From: Rhizaria sp. SCN 62-66
Lineage: Eukaryota
Assembly: GCA_001724265.1 (NCBI GenBank)
Contig: MEDY01000235.1
Coordinates: 1-46,781, forward strand
DNA: 46,781 nucleotides
Direction: 5' to 3'
In this document: in pieces, positions 12,679-22,675 of the stretch
Numbering within the stretch: the stretch's first letter is position 1
How the letters are laid out: every line of letters begins with the position of its first letter
Position numbers and translations under genes: made by a program
Notes under the pieces: model-generated
The model's database searches: none
Seen by the model: the letters and a program-made list of their open reading frames with translations, nothing else
Told to the model about the DNA's origin: nothing

Positions 12679-15600
12679 TTACTGTTGCGCAAGCTTGGCA
12701 CGCTTGATAGCAGCCTTCGCAGCGTCGGGGGCACCAGTTGCCTTCTTCTTAAGACGCACGGGAGCGTCGCCATCCGCATCGCCACCCTTTGCGCGCGTCG
12801 GGAGAGCGATATTGACACCATGAGCCTCGGAGTAAAGCGCAAACCAGTTCTCAAGCTCGCCGATCACGGCGCGCACTGCGCTGTCGCGCTCTGGAGAGTG
12901 CGGCGCCTGCGTCACGGCGGAGTGCGCCGTCGCCAACAGCTACAGAAGAAAAAGGTCAGAGTGAGGAAGCATGAATTGATGTTTGTGTGTGAGAATAAAT
13001 CAAAGTGGCAAATAGATTGAGTCATCTGAAAATCGATTGCGTTGAAAGTGAAGTTGACTGAAGTGCGATGACATACCTTGTAGTGTAGCGCCTCAAGCGC
13101 GCCGACGTGCGCGACGCCTTCGAGGCGCGCGACAAGGTCTTGCAGACGGCGCCACAGCGCGGGCGTGATCACCGCCTGCTGCAGCGCCGCGCCCGCCAGC
13201 GCCTCACTGGCCAGCGGCGCGGGCAGCGCGCCCTTGCTCGCGGCAGCCTTGGCAGCCTCGGCCTCGGACTTCTTGTCCGCGGCCTCTGCGGCCTCTGCGG
13301 CCTCGATGGCGGCGGCAGCGGCGGAGGCGGTGGCGTCCAGAGCCTGCGCCTCGTCGCGGCGGCGCGCGAGCTCGCGCTGGACCTCGGCCTCGCGCGCGCC
13401 GGCCTGCAGGTGCATCAGCGCCGGGTTAGGCACGAAGATGAGCGAGGGCCACGGCACGAAGCCTTCGGGCTGCGTGCGGAGCCGGTGCGCGACTAGCTCG
13501 CACGCGAGCGCGACCTGCGAGTCAAGCCCCAGACACAGAGTCAGCGCGCTGTCCTGTAGGTTGCACGCGCGGTTCACCAGCGAGCGGCCGTGCGGCGTGG
13601 CGAGCGAGTACGCCTGCTTGGTGTTGGCCACCAGCAGGTCGATGTCAGACAGGAACTCGCGCACCGAGAGGTAGCGCGCGTCGTTGACCTTGAACTGGAT
13701 GTCCTTGAGGTAGATGGGCGCGAGCAGGTTGCGGTACGCCACGTCGTCGCGCGGCTCCTCGATGAAGTCGCGGTAGTTCTGCAGCAGGTGCGCGGCGACG
13801 GAGCGCAGGAACATACGCAGGTGCAGCAGCAGCACTTCGTCCTGCTGCTGCTGCTGCCGCTTCTTCTCCGCGCGCTCCTCGTCCTCCTGCGTCTTGATCG
13901 ACGCGGCCACCCGGCGGCCGCTGAACTCGCCGCTCTCGTCGGCGCCGGCAGCGGCGCTCGCGCGATCACTCTTCGTCTTGCCGTCGCCGCTCGCGTCGTC
14001 GGTCATCGCGGTCTTGACATCCTTGCTGTCACCATGCGCACGCGCACTGCTGCTGCTGCTGCTGCTGCTCGCGGCGTCTGCGGAGACGGCCGCGGCATCG
14101 TCGGCCTTCTTCTTGGCCTTCTTGGCGACGGCGGCGGTGGCCGTGACCGGCGCGAGCAGCACGTCTAGCGCCGCCTGCGCGACCGCGCTTTGCCTCAGCG
14201 CCGCGCACCACGCGTCAGCACCGGCGCCGATCTCGCTCTTAACACCCCCGGCGCCGGAGCCCGCGCTCGACTCGGCCTTGACGAGCTCGACGTCGTCATC
14301 ACTGCCGGCCTTCGCAGCAGCAGTAGCAGCAGCGGCAGCAGCCGTGTTATTGCGATCGTCGCCGTCGCTGTTGAAGCTCTCATCCTCGCCGTCACCCTGC
14401 GCGAGCGTGGCGGCGGCGCGCGGGGTCCAGAGCCCCGAGCCGAGCCCGACACCGGCGCCCGAGGCCGTAGCGCAGTCGAAGAAGGCGGCGACCTCGTTGG
14501 GCAGCTCGGCGGCCGCGCACTCGGACCAGCCGACCACGTACACGGGGCTCTGCGGTGGCAGGTCCGACAGCATCATGAGCACGACAGTGCGCAGCGCCGC
14601 CGACGCGGAGCCCCACCACAGGTCGATCTGCGGCCAGTAGAGTACGCTGGGCGCGTTGCGGCGCGCCTCCGTAATGGCACTGGCCGCCGCCTCCTCGGGC
14701 CCGCGCGCGGTGAAGTCGGCCAGGAGCGCGGGCAGGTGCAGCGAGAAGAGAGGGAAGTCGTCCAGCCGGTGCAGCAGCGCCGCCGCCAGCGCCGCCTGCC
14801 CGTGGTCAGGCGCGCCGTGCAGCAAGAAGCGCGGACGGAACACGGCGCCCTCGCCCGCGGGCGTGCTGCCGGCATCGATGATCGCGCTCCCGGCGGCCGC
14901 GCCCGCCGAAGGCTGGCCACTGGCTTGCGCGGACTTAGGCAGACAGCCGCGCGGGAAGAGCGCGTCGCTCGCGGCGCGCACGCGGCGCCACACGGCGTCG
15001 AGCGCGCGGTCCAGCGGCGGCGCGAGGCGCGCGGCCGGGGACGGCGTGGCGCGCTGCGGAGCGGGCGTGATGGCCTGCATCGCGGCCAGGAAGTCCTCGC
15101 GCGTCACCACCAGCGCCTGCGCGGCGGCGTTGAGCGCGCGCGTCAGCGTGGCCGAGCCCGCGGCCGCGCCTCCCGCGGCCGCCGCGCCGCCGGGGCCCTT
15201 GCCCAGCGCCTGCTGCGAGTAGAGCTGCGGCATACAACGGCGCACGGCGCGCAGCGACGCCTCGGTGCACAGCGCCTTGAGGTCGGCACCGCAGTAGCCG
15301 GCCGTCTTGGCGGCCAGCTCGGCCAGCAGCGGTGGCGCCACGGCGGGCTGCCACGCGCGCGTGTGGATGCGCAGGATCTCCTCGCGCGGACCCTGCGCGG
15401 GCAGCGCGAAGAGCAGCTCGCGGTCGAAGCGGCCGGGGCGGCGCAGCGCGGGGTCGATCGCGTCGACGCGGTTCGTGGCGCCAATGACAATGACCTGGCC
15501 GCGCGCGTCTAGCCCGTCCATGAGCGCGAGCAGCGTCGACACGATGGACGAGTGCACTTGGTCCTGGCGCGAGGAGCGCACAGGCGCCAGACCATCGATC

Positions 15601-17237
15601 TCGTCGAAGAAGATCACCGAGGGCTGCATCTCGCGCGCTTGCTCGAACAGCAGGCGCAGCTGGCGCTCGGCCTCGCCAACCCACTTGGACAGGCAGTCGG
15701 CACCCTTGCGGATAAAAAAGGACACGTTGCGGCCCGAGAGGCGCGAGCACGTGCTAGCAAGCGCGCGCGCCGTGAGCGTCTTGCCCGTGCCGGGCGGGCC
15801 CGTGAAGAGCACGCCGCGCGGGGGCGTGATGCCGAAGCGCGAGAAGAGCGCAGGGTACAGCAGCGGCATGACGACCATTTCGTACAGCGCCTTGAGGTGG
15901 CTGTCGAGCCCGCCGACTGAGTCGAAGCCGACCTGCGCAATGGCGCCCGTCTGCGCTGACATGGCGTCCGTGTCCGTGTTGAGCGGGCCCTTGCCCGCTG
16001 CGGCCGCCGCGCCGCCGGGCCCCGCGGCCGAGGCGGCGGCCGCGATAACTTGCTGCGTCACCTCGGCCAGCACGCTCGCCGACGACGGCGGCATAGGAGG
16101 GTAGCTCGCGAACATCACGCCCGGGTTCGCGAAGCCCAGCGCAGAGGGATCCACCGTGCCGCGCGCCAGCGCGTCTGCTGCGCTGCCCCTGCCGCCAGCG
16201 CCGGCGCCGGAGCCGCCGGAGGAGGAGGACGAGTTGGTGCGAGGGCCCCCACCGGCGGAGCCGCGGCCGGGCGCGGAAAATACGCCCGACTTGGCGATGG
16301 TCTCGGGCATCACTTCCTCGCCCGCCGAGGTCGAGTCGCCCTGCAGCTGGTAGTGGTCGTCGGGCGCGTGGAACGACGACGCGGCCAGGCCGCCGCCGCG
16401 CTTGCTACTGCTGCCGCCGCCGGCCGCAGACTGGCGGCCGCGCAGGCGCCGCGCGGGGCGGTCGCTCTCGCTGTCATGCTTGCCGCGGGCGTTGCCGCCG
16501 TCGTCGTCCTCGTCGTCGTCCTCGTCGTCGTCGTTGAGGTGGCGGCGAGACGAGCGGCGGCTGCCACTGTTACTGCTGTTGCTGCCGCCGCGGGCGCGCC
16601 GCGGACCGTTCTCACTGTCATCTTCGTCGTCGGCATCGTCGCGGCCCCGCGCGCTGCGACGGCTGCTGCGCACGCCGCTGCTGTTGCTGTTGCCGCTCGC
16701 GTTGCGCCCGCTGCGGCGCGGCGCGGCGGTGTACTCCTCCTCATCGTCATCGTCGTCGACGTCGTCGTCGTCCTCGGTCGAGGAGGAGGACGACGACACG
16801 GCATCAGAATCGAACTTCGCGTCGATGTCGCCCATCGAGTGCGTGGCGTTGCGGCGCCGGCCCATGCGCGGGCCCCTGGGCTCGTCGGCGTCGGTGGCAT
16901 ACCCGCTGCTCTCGCTATCGCTCTGGGTCGCCTGAAAGGGGCGGAACGCGGCGACTCCGGCACCGGGGGCGGCGGGCGCGTAGCGGAGATTCTTGACGAG
17001 CTCGCCGGCGAGAACCAGCCGCAGCTCTGGCAGAGGCGCGCCTGCGCCGTCGACCGCGACGGGCTTGTCAGCGCCGCCGTCGGGGGGTTTGCTGTTGTTG
17101 CCACGTTTCGCTTCATCCTCACTCTCATCGTCGTTCAGGGCGGTGCGGGAGCGGCGCGCGGGGACGCGGGCGGCGTCAGAGTCCGAGGCGGACTAGGAAG
17201 ACTCAGCCGCAATGCTGCGGAGTCCCTTGGCCTTCAT
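12679..17237 (-). CDS. ATAD2: ATAD2/Yta7/Abo1-type AAA+ ATPase with bromodomain; exons 17237-13077 and 12939-12679; in-frame TAG at 17195-17193; ~1473 aa
   Basis: Walker A GPPGTGKT, RKGADCLSKWVGEAERQLRLLF, Walker B IFFDEIDGLAPVRSSRQDQ and DPALRRPGRFDRE, then a degenerate second AAA and a bromodomain-like segment. Intron 13076-12940 (GTATGT...TGTAG). The coding-like frame continues upstream of the track's ATG 16865, through one TAG, to ATG 17237. Ends at TAA. Confidence 0.88.
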
Positions 17238-18490
17238 CACGTGGCAACAAAGACTGCTCAAGAGCAGATAGAGCGCGCTGCTGTTGTGTTCAAGTGGAGA
17301 CGACGCGGTGCGCTCAAGCAGTCACGCGAGCAACTTCGAGAGGGGCAGATCGTAGCGAGCGTTCGGGCACCGAGGAGTCCAGACGTGTGATGCGGAGATA
17401 GAGCAAGGTAGTAATGCTAGAGTGGCTTAGCAGACCGCGTTCAACGTTGTAAGAGCTGCATGTTGCACGATAAGTCAATGGAGTTAGCAGTCGGAGGATG
17501 AAATGAGAAGCGCGCGAAGAGTGTCGGCAAGAGGCGAGGAGTGAAGTTAAAGCGAGGAAATACATGACATAAACATTAACTGTGACGGTGTTATTAAACA
17601 TATAAACATTAAAGTAACTTTTGTAAGCGAGGAGCTCTAAATCAGAGAACTTGTCGATCTTACGGACGCTAAACATACCAAATGTGGTTTGCCCGCCAAC
17701 CCAATGGACCACTTTTTTTCGGAACCGTCTGAACGCTTGGTGCCAGCGACCAACCAAGAAAGCAGGCCGTTTCGAAGAGGTTTTGGTCATTAGAGACGTA
17801 AATTTTACAATTGAAAGAATATTGACGTTTTATATATGGCTGTTCTCTTTTGTCACTTTTTCAGCCTCTGAGCGACAATCTGCTTGTCTCAGAAAATACC
17901 GGACTTGTGGATGCACCTGTGCCTGAGAGGCGAGGAAACACTTGGGTTTCATTTCGTCGGTGTTAGCATCTCTCAGCGCGAGATAGAGACGCAGTGAACA
18001 ATTCGGAATGGCTTTGGGCCCAATCTTCTTGGCAAATACTTTTGTCGAAATGGTTGCCCATTATGCACCACATTCTTGCGATGGCGTCGGGCCCGAGCTG
18101 TACTTGTGCCCTCACTCTTGCTTCACTTTTCAGAGTCATACGTCACATATTGTCAATGTTACACACGTCTCCATGTGTTAAGTCCATGTTTATATAGAGT
18201 CATTCTAACCGCGCAAAAATCAGGTCACAGTCATGATATACTATGCTGTGAGGTGCTTGTTCTGGCACCATCGGTGCAGTTTTCGTCTCCTTGCGCACCC
18301 ACGATCCCCGCCCCTCGACAAGCCAATACTTAAGCCGCATTTGCCACCATATCTGTGCGATATCAAAGATATATTGCAAGGACAACACAAATATGACATG
18401 TAAACCAATAATCTCACACGTCTTGCGTTCCGTGATTATTATTATAATATTTTTTTGGGGTATTTCTATCAAGACTGCGAAACGCGTACC

Positions 18491-21325
18491 ATGAGTGTCG
18501 CTTCACATGACAAAACACGCAGCTCCATGTCCAACGTGCATCTCGCGGTGGCGAACAGGCAACTGCCAACTCTGATTGCAAACGTGCAGATGTCGTCTGG
18601 CACGGTGACGCCGATGAACCTCGACCCGCTGGTGCGCGAGATGCTGCTCGAGTTGAGCGTGGCCGAAGCGGCTGACGCGGGCGACGCGAGCGCCGCAGGC
18701 GACGTACGGCCGCCGCGGCCGCTGGCGCTGTCGACGCTGTCCCAACAAGCGCAGCTTGTGATTGACTCACAGGGCGTCTCGGACGGCGTGCGTGAGGTCC
18801 GTGCGCGCGCCGTGAGCTTGATCTCGGACCTTCTGAATAAGAAGTATTCGGGCAAGTACACTGCCGTTGTCTTTGGTTCGACTGCGTGGGACATCGACAA
18901 CAACACCTCCGACGTGGACGTGTCGATTGTGCAGACGAGGAACTTGGCGCCGCTGAAGTTCGCTGACGCCAAGAGGGTCATCAACCAGTTCTGCCGCGAG
19001 ATCAAAGACTCGCTCCGGAACTCGCACGAGCTCTTCGTTTACAACGTGCTGTCGCACACACGCGTGCCCGTGTCGACGATGTACTACTACCACAACAACA
19101 CGCGCGTGCAGCTGCAGGTGAGCTCAACCACGGATCACGTGAACGTCAAACTGCACCTCATCTCCCGTCTTCTGCGCGACTACCCCGTGGCCGTGCAGCT
19201 TTTCAAGGCCATCAAGGTGTGGGCCAAAGCGCGCTGTCTCATCAACTCCCGCAAGCGCTTGCTCAACTCGTTTTCGCTCTTTCTGCTCGTAATCCAATAT
19301 CTCCAGCTGCGCGTTAAAAACCCGCTCGGCGTGATCCAGCCCGCGCCGTTCGCGTACGCGCACACGAACGCTGCCAGCAGCAGCGACATCCCCAAGTTCG
19401 AGCTCGTCGACCTCGCGAGTCCCGCTACTGAAGAAGCCGCTGCGGCCGCCGTGGCCAAGCTGCCGCACTATCTCATAGTCTGGGACTCTGCGGCAAACGC
19501 GATGCAACGCATCGAAAGCGGTTCGCCAGCCGTGCGCCGCGCCATCGCAGCCGTCACGAAGACTTCCAAGAGCTACAGCTTATTGCTTGCCGCTGACGCG
19601 AGGGTCGACAAGAGCGGTGGGAACTACGACGAGGCCCACGTCGACGACGTTGACGACGACGACGAGAACGAGTACGAGGATGAGTACGACGACGAGTGCG
19701 AAGATAAGTACAAGGACGAGAGCGAGAGTAAGGCAGAGGTTGATGACGGAGTTGCGCCCACACCCAGTCCACAGGCCGATGACAAGCTAGTAAGCTACAG
19801 CTCCCTCGTCCGCTCCTATGACAGTCTCGCTTCAGTGCCGTCGCCTGCAGCGTCACCGCCTGCCTCAGTTGCGGCGGCGTTGATGCCTGCTGCACAGAGC
19901 CCGAACTATACCAAGAGCAACTGCTACGGCCACTCCATTGCGCAAACCGTGCGCGAGCACCTTGAGAAAAACCGCGTTTTCTTCGGCCCCATCGTCGGCG
20001 GCGCCCGCGCCATCGTATCGCACTCGAACGGACACTTGTTCGACGCGCAACCTGCTGAATACAAGCTGGACATCCTCGACGCTCCTCGCCCCGCGCCCGA
20101 GTCGATCGCGGTCGCTCGCGCAATGGAGAGCAGTGAAACTGCGGCTCAGCTGGGCGATGACCAAGAGGATGATGGCAGCCTAGGGGCATTAGTTAAAGGG
20201 TTCTTTGCGTTTTACGCAACAGCCTTTGATCCCGCTGTGCACGCTGTTTCTATCCGACAAGGCCACCTTGTCTGGCGCCAGCCGCTGCTTGATCGGACTC
20301 TCGGCTACTCTCAAGCGTGCGTCCCTATCTACAGGGAGAACTCTCAAACCTGGACTCTGGAGGGGACAATGCGCAGTCAGTTCAAGGGTGTCGACTGGCG
20401 GAGCGCGGAGCTGGTTATTGAAGACCCCTTGTCGGCTGTTGACAGTAGCGCGCGCTCGCTTCACGCGCACCGCAGCAAGACCATCTGGACCGAGCTGCGG
20501 CGCGCGCACGCGCTGCTGTCCGGCTCCAGTGCCAGCTACGAGACAGTCGTTTGCGAGCCGCTCAGCAAATCACTCACGCGTCTGCACCAAGTCGTGCGCA
20601 AGTGCGCAGGCGCTGACGCGGTTTACGACGCGCACCACGACGACCACAAGCCTGGAGGCGACTCCACGCCTTATACTGCGACGTCAGCGCTGTATGAGCT
20701 GCAACTTTCGGGCTTTCTCCGTCATATGTGTGCATTTTCGGCGGCAATAGTGAAGAAGCAGCGCGAGGTAAAAGTGCCAGTCACACACCGAGACCTTGTC
20801 GCTTTGCGCGCGCAGGAGGACTTTAAGCGCCAGCAGCGCGAGCAGCGCCTCAACGCCCGGCGCATGTAGCGCGAACTGCTGCTCCAGCCACTCCTTCAAC
20901 AGCAGCGCCAAGAGCACGAAGGGCTGCAACAGGAGTATCTCTACTGGCAACAAGATATTCAAGAACAGCTTGAGCATGGGGCTTTTCCTTATCACCTGTA
21001 TCTTCAGCAGCAACAGTACCTCCACAAAAACTTCCTCCAGCAGCAGCTACAACTCATTAAGCAACAGCAGGAGCAGAAGAAACAGGAGAAGCTGCTGCTG
21101 CAGAAGAAAAACCAGCAGCAGTTTCAGCTCTGGCTGCCGAATAATCTGAATCAGCAACAACTGCAGCCGGTCAAGCCCACAGTTCCCAAGCAGCAGCTCT
21201 CGCAAAAGCAGCCTCCGCAACAGCTGCCCCCGCAACAGCCCCCACAGCAACAACAGCGGCAGCAGTGGAAGCCGTTCTTTCCGAAGAACTGGCAGCCGTT
21301 TTATCCCAAGCAGCATCAAAAGTAA
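18491..21325 (+). CDS. Non-canonical poly(A)/poly(U) polymerase family (Cid1/GLD-2/TUTase-like) paralog 1 with Q-rich tail; in-frame TAG at 20867-20869; ~944 aa
   Basis: VFGSTAW...SDVDVS nucleotidyltransferase motif, IKVWAKAR, LNSFSLFLLVIQYLQ, and PAP-associated LGALVKGFFAFYA...VSIRQG...IEDPL. The frame continues past TAG as RELLLQ... to TAA 21323-21325, collinear with paralog 2. ATG chosen by alignment with paralog 2. Confidence 0.8.
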
Positions 21326-22675
21326 CAACACGACCTACGGCAACAATAACAACAATATCTGTCTCAAGAGCAGTTGCAACTCACTCGCAACCGCAAATAC
21401 AGAAATTGCAGTGCCGAGCGATGCAGTGATGCAGTGAGCACTTGCGCAATATTTTTGCTGACATTCAGACGCATGAAGCAATTCTTACTTCTAATTTACG
21501 TAATCATTTGTCTAATACTTGCAGATATGTCACAATTATATTCATACGAACGTCACATGTTGACATTGTGCTTTCTTATAGCATGTACACCTGTACGTTT
21601 TTTCATTTTCACTGTGCTAGTCAACCGACTCAGTCTCAATACAGAACAAGGGCGTAATAAGAAATCATTGACATAGAAAGCATAGTACTGATATTCTATG
21701 TCTTCAAAGTTATTGTTTTCACATGTGATTGACGAAATTGCGCAGAAGACAACAAAACGTGGGAGTAACACCGAGTAAACTATAACAAGATTTAATGCGA
21801 TTACGTCGTGCTTCAGCAATCAAGTGTTGAACTATTGGTACTAGTTGAGCTAAAATCACGGTTTAATGAAAACATTGTAGTTTGCGCTTCGTAATATCAG
21901 CAGCGATGTAGAAGCATTTGGTACTCCTACCGCCGAGGACGAATTTCTACATATACTACTAATATAGTAGTAACAGTCATAATGCAGTCTGCGAATTTAT
22001 ACTGCGCTGTGATATCATGGTGGCTCCTGTGTCATCTTGCACGAGCCCTCTCGGTTCGGCGACCGTGATCACGGGTGACCGTGAAGCTGTGAACGCGTAC
22101 ACGCTTGAACATGGTGACTGTCCACAGCCGTCACGTCACTCAGTAGGTCAACCGCAAGGCGAGCAGTTGCGTCACTTTTGTACAAGCATGAATGTAGGAT
22201 TTTGATCGTCAGAGAGAATTTAGGTTGTTTTATTACTTTTGAATGACTTATCTTCATGTTAATTTTAATCTTTATTTTGTAGAGAGTCATTCTGTGATCC
22301 AGGGTTGGACCTACAATCCTGCATTTAGCTGTGAAGCTGGAACTGTGCTTTCCACCAATATTACATCTGCCTAATTCGACACCAAGGCGCAAGACCGTAG
22401 AGCCTGGCTCAATTCAAAGGTTTTCCACATAGACACCGCACGATGCATGCATTGGATTACGCTACCCTCGTGGATTTGATGCTTAGTGAGCTTCGAATCC
22501 ATGAGTGTCCACTCAGTGCCACCTGACTCATCATGATCACTCCTTGCTCACGACACTGTATTGCGATGAAAAGAAATTTTTACTTGCCTTACTCATTTTC
22601 CAATCCCATGTTGATACGCCTTTCTTTGGTTAGTTTTTTTCATCCGAGGCTGCGAGCTGCGCGCGTAATCATCCC

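Noticed and set aside
12912-13076. ORF-track ends or starts that run into AT-rich sequence (ATAD2 C-terminus, 44979-45044, 8993-9109, 7861-8057)
   Set aside because: These are GT-AG introns read through by the ORF caller. Splicing restores the conserved motifs.
22440-22510. Possible tRNA, from the TTCGAATCC T-loop-like sequence
   Set aside because: No cloverleaf can be built; the sequence is one arm of a simple hairpin. I found no suppressor tRNA in the window by eye.
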